A stretch of DNA of 64,000 bases from Cyanobacteria bacterium P01_F01_bin.150 (lineage in GTDB: Bacteria > Cyanobacteriota > Cyanobacteriia > CAKZMO01). Shown here in pieces: positions 19,935 through 31,467 of this stretch. The notes beneath the pieces are model-generated. The model was not told the origin of the DNA. It did no database searches and worked only from the letters and a program-made list of their open reading frames with translations. Made by a program: the position numbers and the translations under genes. The stretch's first letter is position 1. Every line of letters starts with the position of its first letter. The stretch is from positions 25,537 through 89,536 of the forward strand of contig JBCCYL010000018.1 in assembly GCA_039189765.1 (NCBI GenBank). Direction: 5' to 3'.

Positions 19935-22097
19935 TCAAAACTTTTCCATCGTCTTGGTTTGGCGTCGTAATCGTTGCAAAATGCGGTGGGGTAGTTCCGT
20001 CGTCATTCTCGACTTATGGATAAAATCATCGGCCCCTAGATTGAACGCCTGTTGCTGAGTGGAGATATCCTCATGAATCGTCAGAAAAACAATGGGGAGC
20101 GATCGCCACCGAGCGTCCGCACGCACAACTTGGCAAAGTTCCAGCCCATTTGCATCAGGCATTTCCACATCCAGCACCACCATATGGGGCTGCACTGTTG
20201 CTAGCGTCTCCCAGAGTTTAGACGGATGATTGACCGTTGTGAGCTGAATTCCCCAAGCAGACACCAAGGTTTGGGCCAAATCCAGCACCTGGTCATCATC
20301 ATCCACCATCACCACCTTGAAATCTCTGTGGACATCCCGGAAAATCTGCTGCACATGCCCCAGTAAGTCTTGGGGTGAAATGGAGAAGGGCAACAGCCGA
20401 TCCACCCCATGCTGTACCAGTTCAAGTCGTTGACGAAAGTCATCGATATCGGTAACCAGCAGAATCGGCACAGACGTGGCACCATAGTCTTTGAGACCGT
20501 TGCTAGGGTTCTTTTCATCAGGTTCCAGAGCTGCCACTGTTTGAGTATTGGCTAATGTGATGGTCTGGTTAATAGCGTCTAGCCATTCAACCCCATGTTC
20601 CAAGGTTTGTTGATGGGTTGTTGTTTTTAGATCTTGATGCGTTTCCTGGGCCAACCATAGAATCACCATATCAGGCGGCTGTTGTTCTAAATCAGCAGCA
20701 AGAAGAGCCTTATCCAAACTATTGTCAGAACCCATGCCATGTTGCGTGACAATATATTGCCCTGTGGCCTGGGCTTGAGTTGCCACGGTTTGGGCCATGG
20801 TTTGGGCCATGGTTTGGGCAGAAGTATGAGCCGCATCAATCAGGAGCAGTCGCGGAGCATAGGGGTGTTTCAGCGGTTGAATTGGAGCTGCTATGTTCGC
20901 GCTAAATTGACCCGCCTGATGGGAATCCCCGTCCAGATTGAGCCGCAGATCACGAACTAGCCGGGAGAAGCGAGTAGGATAGGCCTGTGTACTATCCGTA
21001 TCACCGCTCATCAAAGTCTCCAACGTCAATAAATGTTCCAGCTCACGGGCTAATCGTGATCCTTCAGTAAATCCAAAGCAGCCCAGCGCCCCAGCTAATT
21101 TATGGGCTTGGGACCGTCCCGCCTGCTGGAGTTCCTGATCAAGATGACCGTTTTCAATAGCGACAGCAGTCGCCTCCAATACCCTCAGCCGTTCACGCAT
21201 GGTCCCCTGATGTTTGGTCCAAGCCCGAGCCACCGCTGCTTCAATCTCAACACGGGAGGGTTGGGACTGAGGTTCAACCTGAGACTCCTCTGGCTGCAAC
21301 GATGTGGTTTGAGAATAATTAGCTGAGCAAGGAGCGAAGCTGGGCGCGATCGCGTTGGGGCTAGCCTGGAGTTTGGCTTTAACGTTGGATTTAACGGGTG
21401 AAGAGGATAGGCCTGCCCCAGTGACCATTGGTTTGAGCCGATAGCCCATACCGTAGACTGTTTCAATAAAATCTTTGGGAGCACCGCCAGCCTTTAGCTT
21501 TTGCCGCAGCCCTTTAATATGGGTTCTAACCGCATCGCTGCTGGGCGGGTCTTCGAAGGACCAAAGATTTTCAATAATCGCATCCAAACTAAACACTCGA
21601 CTGGGATGCCGCAAAAATAACTCTAACAGTGCATATTCTTTAGGCGTAGTGTGAAGAATATGGGTTCCGTAGAACACTTCAAAGGATTCAGGATTAAGAC
21701 GTAATTCGCCCCAGATGATGTCCGATGTAGATGATTGACTATCTCGTCGCAAAAGGGCACGAATTCGAGCGCACAGCACTTCAAAATCAAACGGTTTCAC
21801 CACATAGTCATCGGCTCCTGCATCCAACGCTGCCACTTTATCTTGATTGGCATCTGTGGCCGTGAGCATCAAAATCGGTACGTTTACGCCTTTTTGACGA
21901 AAGTATTGGCATAGGGTAATGCCATGGCTATCTGGTAACACCATATCAAGAACAATCAGGTCATAGGAAAACAGATCGACAAAATCTTGAGCTGTTTCCC
22001 CATCAATGGCGATATCAACTGCATAGCGCTGTTTGATTAGGTTTGTCATCAATGTTTCCATTAATGGTTCGTCGTCATCGATAAGTAGGATGCGCAT
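19935..22097 (-). CDS. Multi-domain response regulator REC-wHTH-Hpt-(pseudoREC)-REC, RcaC-like
   Basis: Start MRILLIDDD; OmpR wHTH (ETVYGMGYRL); Hpt AHKLAGALG; C-terminal REC. Confidence 0.88.
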   Translation of the reverse strand: MRILLIDDDEPLMETLMTNLIKQRYAVDIAIDGETAQDFVDLFSYDLIVLDMVLPDSHGITLCQYFRQKGVNVPILMLTATDANQDKVAALDAGADDYVVKPFDFEVLCARIRALLRRDSQSSTSDIIWGELRLNPESFEVFYGTHILHTTPKEYALLELFLRHPSRVFSLDAIIENLWSFEDPPSSDAVRTHIKGLRQKLKAGGAPKDFIETVYGMGYRLKPMVTGAGLSSSPVKSNVKAKLQASPNAIAPSFAPCSANYSQTTSLQPEESQVEPQSQPSRVEIEAAVARAWTKHQGTMRERLRVLEATAVAIENGHLDQELQQAGRSQAHKLAGALGCFGFTEGSRLARELEHLLTLETLMSGDTDSTQAYPTRFSRLVRDLRLNLDGDSHQAGQFSANIAAPIQPLKHPYAPRLLLIDAAHTSAQTMAQTMAQTVATQAQATGQYIVTQHGMGSDNSLDKALLAADLEQQPPDMVILWLAQETHQDLKTTTHQQTLEHGVEWLDAINQTITLANTQTVAALEPDEKNPSNGLKDYGATSVPILLVTDIDDFRQRLELVQHGVDRLLPFSISPQDLLGHVQQIFRDVHRDFKVVMVDDDDQVLDLAQTLVSAWGIQLTTVNHPSKLWETLATVQPHMVVLDVEMPDANGLELCQVVRADARWRSLPIVFLTIHEDISTQQQAFNLGADDFIHKSRMTTELPHRILQRLRRQTKTMEKF

Positions 22098-22107
22098 ATT
22101 GAGTGCT

Positions 22108-22329
22108 TGGGTTGGGGAGTTGGGGAGTTGGGGAGTTGGGAAGTTGGGGAGTTGGGAAGTTGGAGAGTTGGGGAGTTGGGGAGTTGGGAAGTTGGAGAGT
22201 TGGGGAGTTGGGGAGTTGGGGAGTTGGGGAGTTGGGGAGTTGGGGAGTTGGAGAGTTTGCGTAGGGTGTGTTAGGCGATAGCCGTAACGCATCATCGGAG
22301 AAGTTGGGGAGTTGGGGAGTTGGGGAGTT
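22108..22329. repeat. Octamer tandem array (GGGGAGTT)n with an embedded GTAG-type REP hairpin
   Basis: Array seen directly; GTAGGGTGTGTTAGGCGATAGCCGTAACGCATC at 22261-22293. Confidence 0.92.
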
Positions 22330-22467
22330 TTTAGAAATCCCCACAAGTTCCTCAGACTTTTCTTATACACCAATAAGTAGGAGGTAATAAGATCTCCGCT
22401 ACAGAGCTTATTGTTTCCTCTATTAATCCATCGTTGTCAGGATTTATTCAGACTTGGGGGAATATGT

Positions 22468-23031
22468 ATGTTTAAGAAAATTTTGGTCGCGCTTAATAAA
22501 TCGGACATTAGTCTGCAAGCGCTGGAGGAGGCGATCGCCCTTGCCCAAGCCACCAATGCCCAATTGAAGCTGGTCCATGTCTTAGATGACCGCGATCCAG
22601 ACCAGCCTGCTTTTCCTTATCCCGTTGACTATCAAGCTTATTCGGCTGCTAATGTCGAGATTCTCGATCAGTATCAAAAAGATTATCAAGCGTTTGTGGA
22701 TAACTCTTGGAAATGGTTAAGCTGGCACGCAAACCGAGCAACTGAATTTGGCATTCATACTGAATATGACCAGTTTAAGGGGAACGCTGGCAAGCATATT
22801 TGCGCGACGGCCAAAGCGTGGGATGCGGATGTCATTATGATTGGTAGCCGTTGTTTAACGGGACTCAAAGAACTCTTTTGGGGCAGCGTCAGCAACTATG
22901 TTGCCCATCATGCAGCATGTTCTGTTTGTGTCATGCATCCGCAGCTACTCCAGAAACAAGAATCTGGCCAGCCCACTGACCAACCCACTGACCAAGCTCT
23001 CACGGCCAAAACAGCCCTTCCTGTTTCGTAA
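22468..23031 (+). CDS. Universal stress protein
   Basis: MFKKILVAL, ADVIMIGSR, LFWGSVSNYVAHHAACSV. Confidence 0.92.
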   Translation: MFKKILVALNKSDISLQALEEAIALAQATNAQLKLVHVLDDRDPDQPAFPYPVDYQAYSAANVEILDQYQKDYQAFVDNSWKWLSWHANRATEFGIHTEYDQFKGNAGKHICATAKAWDADVIMIGSRCLTGLKELFWGSVSNYVAHHAACSVCVMHPQLLQKQESGQPTDQPTDQALTAKTALPVS

Positions 23032-23180
23032 TAAAGGTGATGACTCCGCAGAGTCGAATCGAATTAGAGCATGTTTCCCTACCATGTGAAGAAATATGCC
23101 TGGTCGATGCTTAAAGCAAAGATCCAGAAGCCATAACCTCTGGATATGAAATTAATTGAATTTTATCGGGAACCAGCACC

Positions 23181-23723
23181 ATGAAAACGACTGTTACAAC
23201 GACCGTGGCCGATATTATGACGATTGATGTGTTGACGATTGATAGACAAGCCACCGTTGCTGAGGCGATCGCCCTAATGCAGTATCACCACATTCGAACG
23301 CTGATGATCGAACCCGTTAACAAGCATGAAAATCATGGCATTATCACCGAGCGGGATATTGTCTATGGCGTTATTGCCCGACGTCTTGACCCACAGCAAA
23401 TCAGGGTCTCTGAAGTGATGCGATCGCCCTGTGTGCTTATTTTTGCCGACGCTACCGTTTCTGAAGCCGCCCAGCGGATGGCAGAAGCAGGTATTCAACG
23501 CGCCCCAGTGATTGGGTTTGGTGCAGAACAGGACGATAAGCTTTTAGGGATGATTTCCATCACTGACATTGTGATGAAAATGAACTGGGTGCATGCCAAA
23601 GGCCAACCCCTAGAAGCTCATCTTCAAGACGCCCTACGTCACTCTCGCATTATCTCTGACTCCGACCAACAAACGGCCAAGGAATCGGCGATCGCCTGGG
23701 ATATCGTGGAAAAATATGGATAG
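23181..23723 (+). CDS. CBS domain pair fused to a truncated CP12 domain (CBS-CP12)
   Basis: Two CBS motifs (GIITERDIV, GMISITDI), then the CP12 core AWDIVE. Confidence 0.82.
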   Translation: MKTTVTTTVADIMTIDVLTIDRQATVAEAIALMQYHHIRTLMIEPVNKHENHGIITERDIVYGVIARRLDPQQIRVSEVMRSPCVLIFADATVSEAAQRMAEAGIQRAPVIGFGAEQDDKLLGMISITDIVMKMNWVHAKGQPLEAHLQDALRHSRIISDSDQQTAKESAIAWDIVEKYG

Positions 23724-23775
23724 AAATTAGAACAATATCAGATATGTAATAAGTCGAAGTCGTATCCAACGGTAA

Positions 23776-23866
23776 GGGATCTGTAACTAAATAACCTACC
23801 AAGTTGCGTAGGGTGCGTGTAGGCGATAGCCGTAACCCACCGGGAGTTTATTTTCATGCAAATCCC
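23776..23866. mobile_element. 91-bp MITE-like element flanked by TAA, carrying a GTAG-type REP hairpin
   Basis: taa|GGGATCTGTAACTAAATAA ... TTATTTTCATGCAAATCCC|taa imperfect TIRs. Confidence 0.6.
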
Positions 23867-23894
23867 TAACGCTCAGCCAACAATAGATTAACGC

Positions 23895-26624
23895 TCAGCT
23901 AACCATGGATTTAGGAAACCGTTGCATCAGAGCAATCAACGCTGGCGAAGGGGGGCTAGAAGCTAATGTCTCAGGCTTGTTCCAGGTAAACGGTGCATCT
24001 TGGGCCGCAGATATCCATAGCAGGCGCTTTGCTCGGGTCATCGCCACATACAGTAACCGAAACTCCTCTGCAATCTTTTGCTGTTTTGCCTGTTCCCATA
24101 ACTGTTGAACATCCAAGTCGAGAAGACTAGAGTTACTTCCATTGGCTTTTGTAGATTCTGTCTGCTGGTTGTAAGGAGGCGGAGGAGAAGTCGTCGTCGT
24201 GTATCGCACCAGGGTTCGAATTTGGGCTTTAATCAGCTCGTTCAAATTAATCTTGCCTAAAAACTGCATTTGGGGCGGAATCCACGATCGCCCAGGAATC
24301 ATGCGTTCATGGAGAAACGGCAGAAACACCACATCCCAGTCCAGCCCCTTGGCCTTGTGCATCGTGATAATTGTCACCTGGCCTGCGCGGGTATATTGGG
24401 CTTCAAATTGTTCCGTTTCCACCGAGCCAAACTGTTCGGCTGTAGTAAGTTCCGTCAGCGCCGTTAACATTGCCGCAAGCGATGGGTCAAACGCCGTTTC
24501 CTGACACAGACGCTCCGAGAGTTTATCGGCGGTAGCCAACTCTGTCTGATCATACTTAAGACTAAAGGCAAGAAACGGAATAAGCTGGTGCTGGGGCAGT
24601 TCCAAGCGGGCTTTCAAGAGTTTAGTACAGTAGCGTCGTGCCATTGCAATTGCCTCAGAGGCAGGCTCCTCCAATGGCCCTGGATATAGGAAAGCCTCCG
24701 GCACCGTTGCGAGGGTATTAAAATCCTGCATGGGAATCAGTTTGCGGGTGGCCAACACTTTTAAGACCGCTTTGACATAGTTTGAAGAGTGGGGACGGTC
24801 AAGAAACCTTAGCAGCGTTAGCATTTCTGCTGGAATGGTGGAATGGCGATCGCGTTCCCCCACGTCATAGATCTCCAGACCCTGATCTTCCAAACTAACG
24901 GGAATATTGTAGTCCTGGGGCGATCTCAACCGATCGGCAATAAAGCGCCCCTGCTTATTTTCCCTGACTAAAATAGCAATTCGCAGCTCTGGATTTGCCT
25001 TTACCAATTGGACAATCCGCTGGGCAATTAACGTAACCGTGTGAAACGTATTGGGAGGACGGTAGCATTCTAGCCCCAGGCCAATGGGCGGAGGATTGGC
25101 ATCAGGCTGAGGGTCGGCGGCACTAACAGGGGCGATCGCCTGGTGACGAAAAGGGGCCGGGGTAAACCTATAGCGCTGATTCACCCACTCCAATAAAAAA
25201 TTAGCCGCATCCATAATAATGGCGCTACTGCGTCCAGCTTGGATCATTTCTGCCAGGTGTCCAGTGCGCTGACACTGGGCGCAAAACTGACGGAAAAAAA
25301 TAGGATTGGCAGGGGTGAAGGTGGAGTTGATGGCTTGGTTAGGATCGCCAACACGGATTAGATTTTGGATTTTGGATTTTGGATTTTGGATTTTGGGGAA
25401 GCTGTTGGGGAGTTGGGGAGTTGGGGAGTTGGGGAGTTGGAGAGTTGGAGGGTTGGAGAGTTGGAGGGTTGGGGCGGTTCGGTCCCCCTCTTGGGAGGGG
25501 TTAGGGGTGGGTTCTTCTGCCTTCTGCCTTCTGCCTTCTGCCTTTACTTCTGCCTTCTGCCTTCTGCCTTCTGCCTTTACTTCTGCCTTCTGCCTTCTGC
25601 CTTCAGTTGGGGGTTCAGTGGCAAGGATTTCGAGGAGGTGGGTTTGGAGGGGGGAGGAGTCTTGGGCTTCGTCTTCAAAAATGGCAAAGATGTGAGACTG
25701 CCATTGGTGACGGATGGGGGCGTTGTCTAAAACTTTGAGGGCTGCAAGCATCATATCGTCGTAGTCAAAAGCGTTGCACTGTTGTTGGACGGATTGGTAT
25801 TGCTCGTAAAGTCCGGTGGCGATCGCCAGCAGCTGTGTATAAATATCGCGACTATTCCCAGGGGTTTGATTTGTATCAAACCGGAAATGAGGCGGAGCAA
25901 CGGTTTCCCATATATGGCGCAGTTGGTCTGGCCGCAGGCCTGAACTTTTGGCCTCGTGAATGACAGTTTCTGCTAAATTTGGCAAAACTTCTGTCCGGAG
26001 TACTGACTGTCGCCGCAATCGTTCGGTTTCTTCGCCGTCAAAAAACTGACCCTGGACTAGGGTCTCAAACGCATCTGGATTGATGCTAATCCATCGTTCC
26101 ACTGCACTCCGCATTAGACGATGACTTTGGGTCGGCGTCATTAAGGTCATCTGACTCATATTGAGGCCGGACTGTTCGGGGTGGCGCTGGGCAATATGGA
26201 GGGCCAGACCATGTAGAGTATGGACGGAAAAGCCAATGGCGGGAAGGGCTAAGTTGCGCAGGTCTTCGCGGATTTTAGCTTTTAGATTAGCCGCAGCGGA
26301 CCGGGTAAAGGTGACAAGGATAAGCTGTTGGGATGGGGATGTTAAACTGACGGACTCAGCGGAGAAGGCCGTTTGTTGAGGCGTTGATTGAGGCGTTGGT
26401 TGGGCAAGCATTCGATTAGCTAGCACGATGACGGCGGCGATCGCCATTCCTGTGGATTTTCCGGCACCGGGTACGGCGGATACTGCTAATGGGCCGCCCT
26501 GCCAATCCACCATTCGCCGCTGTCCTGGACGCAAACTATCCTTGAGTCGCTGAAGTTCAGCTTGGATGGTCTGATCCTCCAGGGCCGTTGAAAATACTGG
26601 AGAGGAAGAGTCAAAGGAGATCAA
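23895..26624 (-). CDS. UvrD/REP-family ATP-dependent helicase with an in-frame repeat insertion
   Basis: AVPGAGKS, VTFTRSAA, EDEAQD, VGDPNQAI, TMHKAKGLDWD, LYVAMTRAK; start codon uncertain. Confidence 0.92.
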   Translation of the reverse strand: MISFDSSSPVFSTALEDQTIQAELQRLKDSLRPGQRRMVDWQGGPLAVSAVPGAGKSTGMAIAAVIVLANRMLAQPTPQSTPQQTAFSAESVSLTSPSQQLILVTFTRSAAANLKAKIREDLRNLALPAIGFSVHTLHGLALHIAQRHPEQSGLNMSQMTLMTPTQSHRLMRSAVERWISINPDAFETLVQGQFFDGEETERLRRQSVLRTEVLPNLAETVIHEAKSSGLRPDQLRHIWETVAPPHFRFDTNQTPGNSRDIYTQLLAIATGLYEQYQSVQQQCNAFDYDDMMLAALKVLDNAPIRHQWQSHIFAIFEDEAQDSSPLQTHLLEILATEPPTEGRRQKAEVKAEGRRQKAEVKAEGRRQKAEEPTPNPSQEGDRTAPTLQLSNPPTLQLPNSPTPQLPNSFPKIQNPKSKIQNLIRVGDPNQAINSTFTPANPIFFRQFCAQCQRTGHLAEMIQAGRSSAIIMDAANFLLEWVNQRYRFTPAPFRHQAIAPVSAADPQPDANPPPIGLGLECYRPPNTFHTVTLIAQRIVQLVKANPELRIAILVRENKQGRFIADRLRSPQDYNIPVSLEDQGLEIYDVGERDRHSTIPAEMLTLLRFLDRPHSSNYVKAVLKVLATRKLIPMQDFNTLATVPEAFLYPGPLEEPASEAIAMARRYCTKLLKARLELPQHQLIPFLAFSLKYDQTELATADKLSERLCQETAFDPSLAAMLTALTELTTAEQFGSVETEQFEAQYTRAGQVTIITMHKAKGLDWDVVFLPFLHERMIPGRSWIPPQMQFLGKINLNELIKAQIRTLVRYTTTTSPPPPYNQQTESTKANGSNSSLLDLDVQQLWEQAKQQKIAEEFRLLYVAMTRAKRLLWISAAQDAPFTWNKPETLASSPPSPALIALMQRFPKSMVS
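25361..25604. repeat. Composite tandem-repeat cassette within the helicase CDS
   Basis: (TTTTGGA)n + (GGGGAGTT)n + CCCCTCTTGGGAGGGG palindrome + (TTCTGCC)n. Confidence 0.92.
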
Positions 26625-26744
26625 TACTCTTAAGAAAAATGAAACTAACGCACTAGAAGATTATTCTACTAGTTACATGCTCCTAGATGATACCGCTCAA
26701 TCTGCAACGGAACGAGATGATTATTCACAGGGACAATTGCTGTC

Positions 26745-27248
26745 CTAGTCTAAATAGAATAAGGTAACCACTCTATGCTGCTCTTCTGCATCTCGACAGG
26801 TCTTAAGCAAGGTGACACTGTCGTGAAACGCAAAACAAATCAACTGTTGGCAGCGAGAAATAATATCTTGGTTGCATGAAGAACTTGCTTCAGCCAAGGA
26901 CATGGCATCATTATCTGGGTTTTCAACCAGATGGATAACTTGCTCTAGCTGTTTCCTTGATTCAACGGGTTGACGGCTCAAACTCTGGGGCAAAATTACC
27001 GTCAGTAGGTTGGGGTTAGCTCGCATGGCCCCCTTTATTGCGGCAGAGTTAGTGCCTGTCGCTCCAGACGTCAACAAATTGTTGCCCGCTTCTACTAACG
27101 CAAAACTCATCAGCTCAATCATGTTCTGATGGGTGATGGGTACGTGGCGAGACCCTAAAATCGCAACTCGCTTGGAGCCAGTTTGTTGAATGGCTGCTAG
27201 CTCTTGCAAGTACGTATCTACAGTTGGTATATCCAGTGATTGGCTCAA
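26745..27248 (-). CDS. SLOG/DprA-related 'DNA recombination-mediator protein A' family protein
   Basis: SKRVAILGSRHVP, LTSGATGTNSAAI, CFAFHDS; TTG start inferred. Confidence 0.75.
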   Translation of the reverse strand: MSQSLDIPTVDTYLQELAAIQQTGSKRVAILGSRHVPITHQNMIELMSFALVEAGNNLLTSGATGTNSAAIKGAMRANPNLLTVILPQSLSRQPVESRKQLEQVIHLVENPDNDAMSLAEASSSCNQDIISRCQQLICFAFHDSVTLLKTCRDAEEQHRVVTLFYLD

Positions 27249-27565
27249 GGTCAGACTTGGATGCACGGCCCAAGTATTTTAGCAGGTTCTTTGCACTATG
27301 GGTGATTTAATGAAACATCGCAGCAATTCTCCTTTTAGGAGCATTCGCCCGTCCAAAATTCTATTTGTGAGCTAACTTGCACAAAATCCCTCCGGAATTT
27401 TGAGAATTGCAATTTTAAATAAAGCTGAGGTGTGCGCCCCTCCAGAGCTCACACCTCAATAAAAACAATTTTGTCTAGTGCTTAGACTACAGACTGTTCC
27501 CCAGGGGGCCAATGGGTGAACAGTGGGGCATTAGTGGGGGGCTATAGGCAACATATGGGTGAACA

Positions 27566-27700
27566 GTGGGGGCTATTTAAGTGGGGGCTATTTAAGTGGG
27601 GGCTATTTAAGTGGGGGCTATTTAAGTGGGGGCTATTTAAGTGGGGGCTATTTAAGTGGGGGCTATATTTAAGTGGGAGCTATTTAAGTGGGGACATATT
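27566..27700. repeat. 15-bp tandem repeat GTGGGGGCTATTTAA (6 perfect plus about 3 degenerate copies)
   Basis: Seen directly in the divergent intergenic region upstream of thrB. Confidence 0.92.
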
Positions 27701-28025
27701 AGTTGTATCAAGATTGAACTGGGGTTTGATTAGGTGAAGGTTATGAAACAGGTTATGAAAACTGTTCTCTAAAAAGTTGAGGCTTTTAGAATCGCCACAT
27801 ATCTCTTTATAAAGCCTCCTTAGCACCTTAAAAGAGTTTCGCCTTATTAAAAGTTGGAGAGGCGCTACTCTCAAAAGCGATCGCCTGTCTGATAGAGTTT
27901 TAAGACTGGGTGATACAGGTTTAGCTATTAGGTCTTACCTATGCGTCCTTGTTTGATAATGAGCGTATTGTCCTACAAATATTTTTTCTCACCGAGCAGT
28001 CATTCCCTTGTTAAGTCAGAAAATT

Positions 28026-28967
28026 ATGGCAATTCCTTCCGCTGTCCACGTTACCGTTCCAGCTACTACTGCCAATATTGGCCCTGGGTTTGACTGTTTA
28101 GGGGCAGCCCTTAGTCGCTACAACAAAGTGATTGTAACTCCGGTGAGTCAAGATGAAGCTAACGGTGCTCCGGTTGTAATCCAGGTGTCGGGCTTGGATG
28201 CAGACAAGATTGGCACCGAACCGGATAATCTCGCCTATCAAGCGTTTGCCAGACTTTACGACTACATTGGTCAAACGCCTCCGTCAATTCGTATGGAGAT
28301 TAAAGTAGATGTTCCTTTAGCCCGTGGGCTAGGAAGTTCGTCTACTGCAATTGTGGGGGGATTGTTAGCGGCAAATGGTCTGGCCGGATCGCCCCTGTCC
28401 CAGGATGAAGTCATGCAGTTGGCGATCGCCATTGAAGGCCATCCCGATAATGTTGTCCCTGCTTTATTGGGTGGATGTCAGTTGACCAGCAGCACTGAAG
28501 ACGGTCAGTGGCTCGTCTGTGATGTGGAATGGCATAGCGATATTGTTCCCGTCGTGGCGATTCCTAACTTTGAATTATCTACGGCTGATGCTCGTAAGGT
28601 ATTACCTGCTGACTACAGTCGTAGCGATGCTATTTTTAATGCAGCCCATATGGGCTTGTTGGTACGAGCGCTACAAACGGGAAACAGTGAATGGTTACGG
28701 GCAGCGCTCCTGGATAAAATTCACCAGCCCTATCGAAAGACGCTGATTCATCATTATGATGCGGTGAGGCAAGAGGCGATCGCCGCTGGAGCTTATGGCA
28801 TGGTAATTAGTGGAGCTGGACCAACATTACTGGCGCTTTCCAATAAGGAGCAGGCTGAAACTATTAGGCAAGCCATGGCCAAGACTTGGGACGCTCAAGG
28901 CATCACCGCCCAGACCCAACCGCTTGAGATCGACCATCAGGGTGCAATGGTACAGATTACGACTTAG
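28026..28967 (+). CDS. thrB: Homoserine kinase
   Basis: VPATTANIGPGFD, PLARGLGSSS, EGHPDN, ISGAGPT. Confidence 0.96.
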   Translation: MAIPSAVHVTVPATTANIGPGFDCLGAALSRYNKVIVTPVSQDEANGAPVVIQVSGLDADKIGTEPDNLAYQAFARLYDYIGQTPPSIRMEIKVDVPLARGLGSSSTAIVGGLLAANGLAGSPLSQDEVMQLAIAIEGHPDNVVPALLGGCQLTSSTEDGQWLVCDVEWHSDIVPVVAIPNFELSTADARKVLPADYSRSDAIFNAAHMGLLVRALQTGNSEWLRAALLDKIHQPYRKTLIHHYDAVRQEAIAAGAYGMVISGAGPTLLALSNKEQAETIRQAMAKTWDAQGITAQTQPLEIDHQGAMVQITT

Positions 28968-29210
28968 GGGTTACTCCTTAGAAAAAAACTCACAGAGAAA
29001 TCCGGTTCTCTGGAAAAGTCTTCACGTCCTCATTACCATTAGCATGTACCCTAGGAACTGTAACGACTTCAACTGTTTATAAGTTATCTTTACAGGCCGT
29101 ATTTACAAGTTATATATGCGGCTTGTGGAGCAGGCCAATAGCCGTGCCTTTAATCAGTACTGTTGTTCACAATTCGAACGGCCCATTTGCATACTGAATT
29201 TACACATTAA

Positions 29211-30857
<1,647 letters not shown>

Positions 30858-31467
30858 CTCCTCAGTAAATAAAGCTCCAGGAATTTTGCATATCCCTGGA
30901 GCCCAATACTGTGTGGGTTAAAGCTGTCTGTTGGGGCGATCACCAATAGATTGTACCCTTCAACAACCCTACTTGATTAAATCGCTCCAGCATCAACTCT
31001 AAGAGTTGATGTTCAGTATGGCCTGCCAATAGGCGATCGCGAAACTCACGCAACACTAAATGGTCAACGCCCGGATCGATTAACTCCAATGACAGCCAAT
31101 ATGTCCAATCGATTCCACTACGGACGGCTTGAGCCTCTTGACGATCGGAAAGATTATTGTCATTTGGCTGACCAAATTTGACAATTTCAGATATTTTGCT
31201 TGGGAACTTAGTTAGATGAATCCTGTCCTCTGTTTATAAGGCTTGTGCAGAGTCTCCATTTACGGTTCTTATCATCCATTAGCACTGGGAAAAGGTTGCA
31301 TCTGTTTTCTCAGATAAATAATTAGTAATTCCAGAGTATAGATCACATTTAACTGAAGATCTTCCCACCAATCGCGAGTCTCAGTTTAGCAAAGGAATCT
31401 AACGTATAGACATGGCAGTTTATGCACGGTTTCTTTGTCTTCCTCTCTGCTAACGATATCCGCTGGT

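Noticed and set aside
22098..22373. 92-aa N-terminal extension of the RcaC-like regulator and overlapping repeat ORFs
   Set aside because: It is a translation of the stop-free octamer array; the REC domain starts at MRILL (22097), although upstream initiation cannot be excluded
25361..25604. Intein or intron in the helicase
   Set aside because: No C/S...HN intein termini or intron structure; the insert is pure tandem repeat
27516..27737. CRISPR array, or a GLFKW-repeat protein
   Set aside because: The units are contiguous 15-mers with no spacers and no cas genes are present; the ORF is just the translated repeat
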